A stretch of 63,886 nucleotides of DNA, filler included, from Phoronis australis (lineage: Eukaryota; Animalia; Phoronida): the NCBI GenBank assembly GCA_002633005.1. It is 9 parts of 9 records of this genome, joined end to end, with 100 filler letters (N's around TTAATTAATTAA, not from the genome) between each part and the next. Parts side by side here need not be neighbours in the genome. Positions count along the whole stretch, not along the records: positions 49,767 to 53,335 come from NMRA01002954.1; positions 53,436 to 56,123 come from NMRA01003495.1; positions 56,224 to 58,770 come from NMRA01001641.1; positions 58,871 to 62,520 come from NMRA01002918.1; positions 62,621 to 63,886 come from NMRA01002837.1; 4 more parts are not named here. One strand, given 5' to 3'. A program made the position numbers and the translations under genes. Positions 52,950 to 63,886 of the stretch are shown piece after piece. Below the pieces are notes generated by a model. It saw nothing but the letters and a program-made list of their open reading frames with translations. It was not told the origin of the DNA and made no database searches. Each line of letters starts with the position of its first letter. The first letter of the stretch is position 1.

Positions 52950-53138
52950 GTAAGACTTCACTGTACAGTCACTTATTTTTTGCTTTTAGTTTTTCTCTGA
53001 TGTTGCTATAAGTTCTGTTCATGCATTGTAATTTGTCGAGTTGTTAGAGCGATGATTAAGTGTGCTGATGTCAGGGTTGTCCAGTTTCTTGATTCAAATG
53101 TCGAGGCCTGTTCTTAAGGTTTTGGTTTTTGCTTTCAG

Positions 53139-53177
53139 TCTGTCTACTTTGAAGATGACAATGGTGGGACTAGAAAT
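53139..53177 (+). CDS. CEP112: Next CEP112 exon (39 bp)
   Basis: tttgctttcag|TCT GTC TAC TTT GAA ... AAT|gtgagt. SVYFED continues the PSYM-SIYFDE motif in phase 0. Confidence 0.8.
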
Positions 53178-53205
53178 GTGAGTTACATAAATGAAATTGA
53201 GTGGC

Positions 53206-53335
53206 GTGTATACGGTGTGTGGTCATAATTAGATTGTAGCGCCTACTTGCAAAGTCACACCCGCAATGGTGTATACGGTGTGTGGTCATAATTAGATTGT
53301 AGCGCCTACTTGCAAAGTCGCACCCGCAATGGTGT
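53206..53335. repeat. 63-bp tandem repeat running off the contig end
   Basis: gtgtatacggtgtgtggtcataattagattgtagcgcc... at 53206 and 53269. Confidence 0.9.
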
Positions 53336-53435
53336 NNNNNNNNNNNNNNNNNNNNNNNNNNNNNNNNNNNNNNNNNNNNTTAATTAATTAANNNNNNNNN
53401 NNNNNNNNNNNNNNNNNNNNNNNNNNNNNNNNNNN
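53336..53435. other. Artificial contig-joining spacer
   Basis: N44-TTAATTAATTAA-N44. Confidence 0.95.
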
Positions 53436-55228
53436 ACAACTCTATCAATACCACATTTCTGTTGGTACTTAAATATCCCTGAAATTAGACCATTATACTC
53501 CATAAAGTTCGTTTTGATACTTAAAATATCCACAATAAATCTATATTTCAAAATATTACCGTCTGGGAAAACAAATCCTTTATAAAGACTATGCCTTCAT
53601 TGCACCAGTTCCTGTAGAAAATACTTTTTCCTCCTGCCTGCTGATCACTGCTAAACCATAAAGGTTGGATAAGAAAATCTATCTGATTTTTGATCTTCAA
53701 ACAATTTCCAAAAGAGATTAAACATTCAAGAAAATCTTTCCAGAAGTGATTGTCAGTATTAGGCAACTTTATCTTGAGAAAGTCAACTCCGTACTTAGCG
53801 AAATTTCTAAATTCAGGAAAAATCAAATGAAACAAGCCGGCAGTCTTAGACTGACCGTTTACAAATTTTGTTAAATGTTAATCTTTAAAACTTTACAGAC
53901 TGAAAATATGTTAATCATTCCGACACCTCCTTCATTATAATTACAAACAGCTCGGGAGCGCTTAATTTTGTCATTGCGACCTTGCCAGAGGAATTTAAAA
54001 AACATTGAGTTCAGTTTTTCTAGAATACATTTCGAAGGTTGTGGCAAGAATATCAGAAGATGTACAATTTTTGAAACCGCTAGCGCCTTGATTACTGTAA
54101 TCCTCCCGAAAGGCGTCAAAATTCCTTTAGACCAATTTTTCAAAATTAATTCGATATCTTTCAATTTCGCAAAGCAATTCTGATCTGCCATATCGTGTAA
54201 GCTGAGTTGGAAATTAATCCCCAAGAACATGGAATTTGTTTTTGTCCATGATAACTGTTCCATAACAGGAATTTTTTCAGCATTGTTCTCCATGCTGCCA
54301 AACCAAATGGCTTTTGTTTTTTCTACATTGACCCTGAGGCCTGAGAAATGAGCAAACAGACTTAGAACATTTAAAGTAGACCGTAAAAACGACTCTGAGC
54401 CATCTAAAATAATAGAGGTGTCATCAGCATATTGAGTTAGTAAGTATTCACGATCCATAATTTTGATTCCATTTGTATTTTTGTTGTGTCTGATCATGAG
54501 AGTCAAAATTTCCGCACCAATAATAAATAGAGAAAGAAGATAATGGGTAACCTTGTATGACTCCTCTCTGAATATTAAACCAAGGAGAAGGTCGGCCATT
54601 AACAATAACACATGATTTGATATTTTTGTAGAAAACTTTGACCCATCACTTAATTGACCAGCCAAAATTAAAAAAGATTAAGCTTTTTCAATAAAACTCC
54701 AAGACAAAGAGTCAAAGGCTTTTTCAAAATCTATAAGAAGTAGTAGCCCAGGTATTTGGATCTTCTGGGTATAATAGAACAGATCGTATAGCACACGAAT
54801 GTTATCAGCCAAGTTCCTTCCCGGGATGTAGCCACTGTGATCCTCACGAATAATTTTCCCTAGCACAGACGTAATGCGTTCCGCAATTGCTGCAGTCGCG
54901 ATTTTGTAGGTTACATTGAGAAGAGAAATAGGACGCCAGTTTTTTTAGAAAATGTTTACTTTTGTCTGCACTTTTGGGAATACAGGTAATAATACCCTCT
55001 TTCTGAGTGGATGATAGTTGACCCACAGCAAAGCTGGTATTAATAGATCGGAGTACAAAAATACCTATATCATCCCAAAAGAATTTAAAAAATATTCAAT
55101 GGTAAACCCATCAGAGCCAGAACTCTTATTGTTTTTCATTTTTTCAAACATTCGGTGATTTCTTCATAGGTTAAAAGACCTTCGAGTTTGTTTTTTTCAT
55201 TTTCATAGAGCCTAGGACATGATAACTT
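53436..55228 (-). mobile_element. Frameshifted LINE ORF2 reverse transcriptase (L1/Tx1 clade)
   Basis: Fragments MKNNKSSGSDGF, GIITCIPK, GYIPGR..DNIR, LLLIDFEKAFDSLSWSF, QYADDT, SGLRVNVEKT, LTPFGRITVIK and GGVGM are spread over several frames. Confidence 0.92.
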
Positions 55229-56123
55229 AGGCGATTTCCTAGTAACTATTTTTTCTTCAAAATTAAAAAATCGCGACTATTTGGCATAAAAATTGCTTAT
55301 TTAGTTAGATTTCATGGTATTCATTTCAGATTAGCTAACCGTATCCTAAAAACAAACTAAGAAAATTCATGGTGGGAACTCTTTAATCACCGACCCCATT
55401 TCTGTACCCATTTCGTTCTTGGTTTTCATATCAGTCTCCCAGCGCGAGGTGTGTCTTACAATGAACCGTGGCCCACAAAGCACCAGCTTGACGAATACGA
55501 CTTCAGTTTTTTTACAAAAATACCTTATATTTTGCGAGTTCATTTTTCAAACGAAAAACGACAATCAAAAATTTTTAACAGCATTTTTTGAGGTAACTGG
55601 TGACGTTTTTATGTAAAAGGGTTTCATTAAAATTGACCGAGGGGTTATTTTGCTATGAATGTACCTCTCTTAATCGTAGAATTTGACTTAAAAAGGAGTT
55701 AACGTAATAATGATAATCAGAGATAAAGTTAAACATATTTTTACATTTCCAGATCTTTTTTTTCAGAAATTTTACAAAGCCAAGTCTTTTGAGATACCAG
55801 TTAGAATGGAGGCCACTAAGTAAGGTTTGCGATAAAATTAATTTGAGAATAGATAATGTCGGGTTAGTGTCTGGCTTATGCTAGCTTAGGCGTTGGGATA
55901 ACAAACCCCAAACGTTAGAATAAGATTTGTCTTACGAGGTTTAAGGAAGCATGTGACTAGAACAAAGTTACTTCTGTTGCATGAACAAAAATTATGGAGG
56001 TGTAAGGTGCTAGTTTCAGTGATGAAGCCACTGTAACCACTTCTTTATTGGTATAAAGAACATAAATACAAAGATATGAAAGACAAAAAATGCCGGCCAT
56101 TCTCATTCTTAACACACACACAC

Positions 56124-56223
56124 NNNNNNNNNNNNNNNNNNNNNNNNNNNNNNNNNNNNNNNNNNNNTTAATTAATTAANNNNNNNNNNNNNNNNNNNNN
56201 NNNNNNNNNNNNNNNNNNNNNNN
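56124..56223. other. Artificial contig-joining spacer (preceded by a CA microsatellite)
   Basis: N44-TTAATTAATTAA-N44. Confidence 0.95.
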
Positions 56224-56378
56224 GTTGAACACAACGTCGTAACGTCGACCCCCACTTCTGACAAGATCGGAAACACTCCTTCCTCCCCCGGACTGTGGCA
56301 TTCCCTGGTTGCTCCATCGACTGCTCATACCGTCAGCTCTGGTGACGACTGTCTGTCCATGGTTACCGAAACCTTTTC
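56224..56378 (-). CDS. Exon 2 of the same secreted protein (truncated by the contig end)
   Basis: atgttttag|GA AAA GGT..., phase-compatible and open to the contig edge: KGFGNHGQTVVTRADGMSSRWSNQGMPQSGGGRSVSDLVRSGGRRYDVVFN. Confidence 0.8.
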
Positions 56379-56906
56379 CTAAAACATTTTAAATGCACAC
56401 TGTAATTCAGATACACGTGCTACCGATAATCCTCAAAAAAGCCAAGTGTTCGCCTCCGTTTCATCTACAGTGTATCTGCCTAATGCTTGCCTGTCTGTCT
56501 AGCTGTGTGTCGCAGTGCCCGTCTCAGTAGGCTATGTTTGCTAACAAATTATAACGTAATAACCCATTGGCAATTTCGTGTTTTCTTTAAACAGCAAATA
56601 ATACATGCTTTAATGGAAATATGCTGCTTTGAAAAGGACTTGTGGTGGTAGAGTTAGTTCTGGTTTCCAGAAAGGACGTAGGCCCTACATCATGCGAGTT
56701 CAGTCTACATGCGCGCATTAGTCAGACGCCCAAATATGTTGGCAATCGTGTTAGAAGTAATGTACCTTACCGCAATTACCTAAAACTGCCATTGATTACT
56801 GTTTGTAAGGTTGCAAAGTTCGAAATAATGAATTAACAATTAATTTTCTCCAAAATTGATATAAAAAGTATCGCACAAGTCATTTCCGCGTTTTCGTGGG
56901 ACTCAC

Positions 56907-57162
56907 CTTTGTGCACAAGCCATCTGTCCGTGCCGCCAACCGGTTGGCTTGTCTGAACCACTACGCCAGAGTGTGAAATGGGTCCATAGCTCTCTCTGTT
57001 ATTACCAAGTGGCCGTCTAACTCGCTGCATGCTGACAACTTCGCTTCCGAGTAGCTGTCGAAGATTCTGTGCGTCCAACTGTCTCCGTTTGCGACAATTC
57101 GCGGCGACATGGCTAACCAGTAAAACGCAAAGCAACGCGAGAACGTTTTGGTTACACTTCAT
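56907..57162 (-). CDS. Exon 1 of a small secreted protein with permuted papain-like (NlpC/P60, LRAT/PPPDE-like) signature
   Basis: ATG at 57162. MKCNQNVLALLCVLLVSHVAA (signal peptide), then NCRKRR (furin-type site) ... RPL...GPISHSGVVV...WLVHK G|gtgagt (phase 1). Confidence 0.8.
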
Positions 57163-57212
57163 TGTTGGTTCCAAATACTGGTTTGTCCATTATAATTCTG
57201 AATCAGGGGGCC

Positions 57213-57301
57213 ATATATATTGACAGGCAAACGAGGAAGTTGAAGTCTATTGGCTCCCATCCAGGAAGTAAAATCAGATCACGTGTTAAGGAAACTTTTC
57301 C
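57213..57301 (-). promoter_or_regulatory. Putative proximal promoter of the secreted-protein gene
   Basis: TATA-like ATATATAT at 57213-57220 (~50 bp above the ATG), AGCCAAT box at about 57249-57255 (- strand), GGAAGT (ETS-like) at 57235 and 57264, CACGTG at 57280, and kB-like GGAAACTTTTCC at 57290. Confidence 0.5.
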
Positions 57302-58770
57302 TTCGTGGTGTGCAAAAGCAATCCAATTATCTTTAATAGTGTTTGGCACATTTTGGACTCCATCCAAGAGAAACAGGACTAAGATGTTTACGTCACACAT
57401 CTTCAAGGCGCCTAAACTTTACTGAGCGTTGTAAACACATTCCTGACAATGCTCAGTTATATTTGATTCGAATATAATCCCACCACACAGCCTTTAATCG
57501 GCAGAACGAAAAAAACCAAGCCCTTCATTCGTATGCTAGAATTTCTCAACAATACACGTTGGTTGTCTTCGCATGTCGTAGTCCATTAACAGGTATTGAT
57601 AAAAATATCGATAGTTTTTTCAATGAAATTTGATAAACTGAATAACATGTATTCAACAGCATGCGAAAAAGACAACTTTTGTTTGATCTGATGATATTCA
57701 AATAATTTACTAAAAAAATAAACAGACGTAAGACGTTAATGCAAAATAGGTGAACGTGGCCTACACTGGTGCAGACTATCGCAACCTTTTGTGGTCTGTC
57801 CATGTCCGATGCAATTCAGGGAATCGAACGCCGTTAATCTTTTTGTAAATCGCAGTTTTGGCAGTGTATTTGTATCCAACACTTTTTACTCACAAGCCTG
57901 TGCACGAGCAAAGAAATATGTACATGCGACGCAAAAATTTAGGTGGTGCGAGATGTGGATTATAAGTATTTTGGGTGGGAATAGCGAAATTCTGTGCGCT
58001 GGCAGGCTCAAGCAATTAGTTGACAGGGAAGTGCGTGTGCAATGGACTTAAAAATGCGAAATATTTCACAGACGATCGCGAAGCACCGACTTCAGGCAAT
58101 CCAAAGGAACACTGCACGTTGTATTTCGCTGTCCGCCTAGCCGCTCAGACCATGCTAACAACTTATTAAGTCAGCTAAATTAGTAGGTGTTACAATTGCT
58201 TTGGGTGACGCCAATGCTGTGGTGAAAACCGCGACTACTTCTGCTGCAGACGGCGAAGTTTTCTCAGTTGAAAACACAAACAGCGATTCAAAGCGCAGTT
58301 ACGAAAAACGTTGAATTAAAGGAGCATGCCACCCAAAAAACAACCTAATTTGTATCAATTTAGATCGAGTAGTTATACTCAATAACGGCACGTACGGTTG
58401 CGTTACCTGACACCTGACGGCAGACGGTGGTGTTGAAATTATCCCATGACGTAATTGGTTTCACGCGCAGTACGTTCAGCAGTTCACAACACGGGTTACT
58501 GGTGTTAGCTTATCGCTTGAATTCTTGGTTTAACTGGCACCAATAAATCATCAAACTTCGATGTACAACCGTTAAAAATAGACCGAGTTCTTATAAAAAC
58601 GTGTTTTATTTCTCTGTTACGGATTTATTGGTATTTGGACACACTGTAACTTACAAAGTTCGGCAGGCAGTTGGGGTCAGAGTTCGGAGATAAATTCGAC
58701 GTATTTTTCCGTGAGATACAGACAGGAAAACCTATATCTGTGTTGTTTAGACTTGTGATTTTTTGAGTTC

Positions 58771-58870
58771 NNNNNNNNNNNNNNNNNNNNNNNNNNNNNN
58801 NNNNNNNNNNNNNNTTAATTAATTAANNNNNNNNNNNNNNNNNNNNNNNNNNNNNNNNNNNNNNNNNNNN
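58771..58870. other. Artificial contig-joining spacer
   Basis: N44-TTAATTAATTAA-N44. Confidence 0.95.
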
Positions 58871-59450
58871 CTCAACTTGCTAATTGTTAAACCATTTCTC
58901 ATAATGTCTTAAAGGACCTCCATTTCTAAGTACAATTATTTTGGTTTTCTTTAAATTCACCGCCATACCTTATGAATCACAATAATCATTGAGACAATTC
59001 AACATAAGTTGCAAGTTAGACGCACAAAACCATGTCATCTGCATATAATAGAGAATTAATATTTGTATCATACTCATCTAAGTAGATGCTATTTATGTCA
59101 CAAAGTGAATTGAGTTTTTCTAAAAAAAACTCATTGAGATACAAAACGAATAGCAGAGGGCTTATCATATAGCCTTGACGAGTACCAATAGTGCAATTAA
59201 ATAAGTCAATTTAACACATGATCTCAACTTGCACTGATCGCAAAATTGATAACATATTACCATGAACATTAATTTGCATAAGTATATGAAAAAGTGAAAT
59301 ATGTGGCACTCGATCAAAAGCCTTTGCAAAGTCAATAAATGCACAACAGAACCTGCCACCCTTCTTGCTTATGTGTTTCTGACATATCGCATACAAAGAA
59401 AATATATGATCCACAGTCGCGTAACCCTTGCGGAACCCTGCCTGCGTTTT
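58871..59450 (-). mobile_element. Decayed LINE reverse transcriptase fragment (CR1/L2-like group)
   Basis: QAGFRKGYATVDHIFSL...AFIDFAKAFDRVPH, and LLYADDMV near 59030-59050. Confidence 0.85.
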
Positions 59451-60394
59451 TGAAGACGTGCAAACCACTTTTGGTGATGATTCATGATTAGAATATTCAA
59501 CGAGGTATCGTAGTGTAATGCAGGCACCGTGTTATTTACACAATGCCATATGTATTACATATTACAGTAATATCTATTGTTGAACTATCTACGGTGGTTC
59601 AATACACATAGATATGGCTTGGAAATAGGACATGACCTCTATTGAAGCTTGTTCGGTCAATGTAATTCTTAATCGGTAACAAAATTATAAAACTGCAAAT
59701 TCAATTGGCACGGTAGTTGAGCTGACATTTCTTAAGGTGATGTACAGTGTAGGACTCTAGAAAACTTAGCTTATTTCGGAGCATCATTCATAAACGTTGC
59801 CGGGCTGATCGGATTCATGTGAAACTTTCAGATATCATGCTTTATACATTGTACTGCGAAACTCTATTCAGGAATTGTTTTTAAAGTGCTCCACTTTGGC
59901 ATGAGGGACTATTAAAAACCGATTTTTATGACTTTCATAGATAAACTCTAAACTTTCATAAAGCCAAAACGAAATGATATTTTTGAGGTCTGATTTTGAA
60001 ATTTACATCAAATAAAGGTTGATCATGTTATTTTGTTGTTATTGCACCTCTTTTTAAATGTTATTAAAAAGACATAACTATGTAACCCAATTAATCACTG
60101 GTTGCTCAAAAGTCAAAAATCAAATGCTTGCTGCATGTACTTTCAGAAAACACACACACGCACACACGCACGCACGCACACACAGTTATTGAGTTAAAAT
60201 CTATAGTTTTGTAGACATTTGAAAATATGCGCAGAGATTCTACACAACCTTAAAGCGCCGCCTTACGGGCCTATCGTGAAATCGTTTTACATTTTTGAGT
60301 ACCTGGGTGCATCTGTATACATGTATGTTGTAAAAAGCTACGCACCCTAATTACAAAGGTAATTTGCATTTAAAGCAACCTTTTTGTACTCCGT

Positions 60395-60629
60395 GGGCAC
60401 GTTTCCAAGGAACTGACTGAAGTTTTTTTCTGGCTAAAATCTTAAGATTTGTTTCAACTTCCAAACTTTGAAACTCACATCCTGTAAGTTATTCAAAATG
60501 GAGACAAAACTTAAGTCAAACTTACGATCTCTTTCTTGAAATGGACTTGAGAGAAATTTAAGTTTTATCGTAAAATTAAATGAAATTTAAGATTTTTCTT
60601 AGCTAAGTCAGTTTTCTTGGAACGGCCCC
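60395..60629. mobile_element. MITE
   Basis: Imperfect TIR gggcacgtttccaaggaactgact / agtcagttttcttggaacggccc. Confidence 0.6.
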
Positions 60630-61392
60630 TTGATTACAAAAATTATCGTTTTAGGGCAAAAGCTTCATAATATTACTCAACGTCCTTGCTCTTGCATTGT
60701 GTGGTATTTTTACATTGGTTTAGATGGAGGCACAATACATGGAACAGTTACTCAAATAAGCCCCTGCTTTGGTTACTTTAAATTTCAGCATGCAATGTTC
60801 GTGGATCAATAAACACAATGACAATTGCTTTTGATTGATTAGGTGATTGATTACAAGCGGTCATAAATCCACGTGCCATCACAAAAGCTAAGTTTTGATT
60901 CAAGCCACTCACCGTAATGGGAGTGGTCTTATATTGTTCCTTATCCACTTTAGAAGTAATTTCAGGTCTATGATTTTTGAAGGAAGGCAGCATACCATTA
61001 AGTAGAAGATTTTAATTTCATACTTTTTATGCAAAAATGCTTGGAATGGACAGAAATTGCGATGATGATATTTCTGCTAGATGTGTCTTGTTTGTTTGGT
61101 GCCGAAATAGCAAATGTTCATGTTGAAAGTAGCAGTTTTCTAATTTTTCACAATTTAGTCTTTCTTAGAAGTGTCGAAGGACACATTAACACTGGCGCAA
61201 ACTCAGTATTTTTTATTGTCTATCTGGTGCATCACTTCATGTCTTGTGCCTGTCCGTCGTTATGTGATTAGATATGTCATTATATTCCGGGGTAACTTAG
61301 TGGAAAACAGCGCCATCTAGCGACGAAGGCCACACCCCTTTCAAATAGATAAATGCAAATTGACATTTACCCTTTCATCGCTCTTGTCGCAG

Positions 61393-61626
61393 GTCTCTGT
61401 ATGTTCCTGGGTTGCGTTATATACCCTGCTGGGTGGGACAACTTGACCGTGAGGAAGGTGTGTGGTACAGAAAGCAAGTACATGCTGGGGGAGTGTCAGA
61501 TCCGTTGGACCTACATTTTGGCCATGATCGGTATCTTCGACATCGTCGCCTTGACGATACTCTGTTTCGTGTTGGCTAGTCGCCAGGCCAAGCTCCTTCC
61601 GGAAGCATATCCTTTGCCAGAAAAAT
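61393..61626 (+). CDS. LHFPL3: Internal exon of an LHFPL/TMHS-family tetraspan protein (LHFPL3/4/5-like)
   Basis: tgtcgcag|GT CTC TGT ... AAA T|gtaagt; 234 bp, phase 1-1. GLCMFLGCVIYPAGWD...VCG...KYMLGECQIRWTYILAMIGIFD...L.FVLASRQ is the LHFPL TM3-TM4 motif. Exact paralogue uncertain. Confidence 0.9.
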
Positions 61627-61705
61627 GTAAGTATAGCGTCAGAGAACGGTAAGCCAACTGAGGAGATGTTACTTGCTTTGAAAATTTTCTACTCAGGATA
61701 CACGA

Positions 61706-61844
61706 ATTGGAATTTGAAATAAAACTTACTAGAATTAGCGACCTATTAGCCAGAAAAAAATATTAAGTTCGCCAGCGAAGCTGAAATCCGTGAGAGACGG
61801 ACGCAACGTTGCTAACTCAGGTAAGTTTTATTTCAAATTCCAAT
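61706..61844. mobile_element. Small hairpin MITE
   Basis: Perfect 24-bp inverted repeat attggaatttgaaataaaacttac / gtaagttttatttcaaattccaat. Confidence 0.8.
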
Positions 61845-62073
61845 ATTAGATTCAAATTTTATCTGTGTTTTCTCAACTGGATGCCTAAAAGATTTCACGC
61901 TTTTGTAAATTAAATTCTGAAGTTTGACAAAACACTTTCATGGTTGTGTCAAAAACTGCCTTTCACACGTCTTTGGTGGCATTTTTTCATTCTACATGAG
62001 ACAATGATACTCCTAAACTTTAGACAGAGCAAGGGTGAGCTTACCTAGTTGTATTTCCATTTCCTGTGTGCCC

Positions 62074-62359
62074 TGTCACACACGGCTCGTTTTCAGAACG
62101 TCTGTACATGTTGATGAAAGAGACTTGAGGTGGAAACATTTGGTCAAAACATTACTCGAATGTGACACCATGGTCCACGGGTTTCTTACGCGGCACAAGA
62201 ACTGAATCGGGACTTACAGGCTTTGTGCAAAATACGTAAGAAGCCCGTGAACGGTGGTGTCACATTCCAGGCATGTTTCTGGTCAAAGTTGGTCGTTTTC
62301 ACCGGTCGCTATCGAGGTTAAGATAGATACAGTCGTTTTGAGAACGATTGGGTGTGACA
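62074..62359. mobile_element. Palindromic MITE
   Basis: Nested inverted arms tgtcacac../..gtgtgaca and tgtgacacca..cacgggtttcttacg / cgtaagaagcccgtg..tggtgtcaca. Confidence 0.7.
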
Positions 62360-62520
62360 AAGCCGTAACTGCACGTCTCCATTTCTGTTGTCAGGTGCTT
62401 GACATATGTGTGTTGTGAATCTTGTACCTAACAGCAGACTTCCACTTTTCTAGCTACCAGACTTTAACAGAGGCCCAGGATAACGAGTTTCGATGGTGTC
62501 AACTTGCATTTCGCTAACGA

Positions 62521-62620
62521 NNNNNNNNNNNNNNNNNNNNNNNNNNNNNNNNNNNNNNNNNNNNTTAATTAATTAANNNNNNNNNNNNNNNNNNNNNNNN
62601 NNNNNNNNNNNNNNNNNNNN
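62521..62620. other. Artificial contig-joining spacer
   Basis: N44-TTAATTAATTAA-N44. Confidence 0.95.
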
Positions 62621-62808
62621 AACCATGCACCATTAATCATACTAACAGCAGATGAGAAATGGGTAAGTCTGGTGCGAAATGGAATTCAATGACAATGTTG
62701 AAGAAACTAAATTCCCGGACTTAAGACAGAGTAGGGAGAATAGTGTCTTTTATAATACAGCAGCGTCAACTAAATGCATATTGGAGACATAATCATAAGC
62801 AATGTTAC

Positions 62809-62923
62809 TGAAAGTACCCATACGTGATGCCTATCACCAAGTGGACAATATGCACCGCGCGTTCAGGGTAATACTGCATAACTTCATTCGGGTTTCTGCA
62901 GTAATAGGATGTTTGTGCGTAAC
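62809..62923 (-). CDS. Possible exon of an unidentified gene or pseudogene
   Basis: cctgcag|GT TAC GCA ... TTT CA|gtaaca; GYAQTSYYCRNPNEVMQYYPERAVHIVHLVIGITYGYF. No family recognised, and neighbouring candidate exons contain stops. Confidence 0.3.
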
Positions 62924-63379
62924 CTGCAGGTAGGATGATTTTTTCAGGTTGAATCAAATAAAAAATAACACGGGACTGATTTAACAAATCGAGCTCTTAG
63001 AATATTTCTTTGGTTAATTTAGGAATGTAGCACATGCGTATTAATACGGAGTGATGATACTTGTCCTTCAAAAATCTGAATAAGTTCTTAATAATGGGCC
63101 GAGAAGTGACATTTCCTGATTTATTGTGTCAGCAGCAGATGAGCTTTAATCATCTTCCATGGCTATGGTGACGGCGTTGTCAGTCCGAATAACGCCAATA
63201 TAGAGTTAATTAAAAATATTCATTTCTTGAAATTGTTCTTTTCTTAATCTTCGTGATAGTCTTAGCGCACGATTGCCCAAGTTAATAAATTGCCAACTTA
63301 GTTCTGAGATATTTCAGCAAAACACCCTGTCAAGAAACATTGCATGTTAAAACGTCACATGAGTACACTCCCATTTAAA

Positions 63380-63536
63380 CAGGAGCGGATCCAGGATTTT
63401 GAGTTAGGGGGAGGGGACAGGGCGTGAGACAGGATTTTGCCCATCAGACATTCGCACCCCTAGCTGAACTGCCTAATGGAAAATGGGAGAATTTTAGGGG
63501 GCATGGCCCCTTGGCCATCCTCTCAATCCGCCGCTG
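63380..63536. mobile_element. MITE with hAT-like CAG..GCGGATCC termini
   Basis: caggagcggatcc ... aatccgccgctg with G-rich subterminal tracts. Confidence 0.55.
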
Positions 63537-63886
63537 TTAAAGCGCTAAATGTTGAATTCTTAACTAGTGGTGTAGTGGGGCGTAGGCGGACGTAGTCACA
63601 GCCAAACACCTTTTGGCATTTGATGTAGCGCCTATGCACCGTAGCCTAAGTTACGTTACAATGGGGCGTAGGCGCAGCCAACCATATTTTTACATCTTAA
63701 CGTAGCGCCTACGCACAGTAATTAAGGTGTTTGAAACTTTAAAGACAGTAATTAATTTGTTATTAGGATATCTGACTGCGAAATTACGATTTTTTCACGT
63801 TGTTTCTCAGTTTTGGTCTCTGTTGCTATGGTAACGAACGAATATTAGGACGGTGTAGCAGGACGAAGTCTTGATACGTTAGCTTA

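Noticed and set aside
56833-57174. ORF-track 113-aa single-exon protein starting at 57174
   Set aside because: It starts at a TTG and runs through a GTGAGT donor. The ATG at 57162 plus splicing to 56378 gives the better model.
60150-60184. CA/CACG repeat (also 56112-56123)
   Set aside because: Ordinary microsatellite.
1985-61626. Piezo and LHFPL/TMHS, both linked to mechanotransduction, in one window as a possible functional cluster
   Set aside because: They lie on different contigs separated by seven artificial linkers, so there is no evidence of linkage.

Overview
This is AT-rich, intron- and transposon-rich animal DNA, probably a marine invertebrate; it is not prokaryotic. It is not one locus. 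Nine unrelated contigs are joined by an artificial 100-bp spacer (N44-TTAATTAATTAA-N44), and there are four ordinary scaffold gaps. Recognisable host-gene exons are Piezo (-), three phase-1 FN3 exons of a receptor-like gene (+), CNOT7/8 (+), CEP112 (two exons, +), an LHFPL/TMHS tetraspan exon (+), a lone signal-peptide exon (+), and a two-exon secreted protein with a permuted papain-like (His...His...[NC]) signature (-). Mobile DNA includes several Helentron-type non-autonomous elements whose ~150-bp subrepeats each carry a CTCF-like motif, a decayed Gmr1-type Gypsy (INT before RT) with its 3' LTR, LINE remnants, nested TIR elements and many MITEs. No rRNA, tRNA or CRISPR was seen. The best leads are the uncharacterised secreted enzyme-like gene, a minisatellite built from the Piezo exon/5' splice-site junction, the CTCF-motif arrays, and a ~1.8-kb inverted-repeat pair bracketing a 16-kb intron. 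All family assignments come from manual translation and remembered motifs, not from searches.
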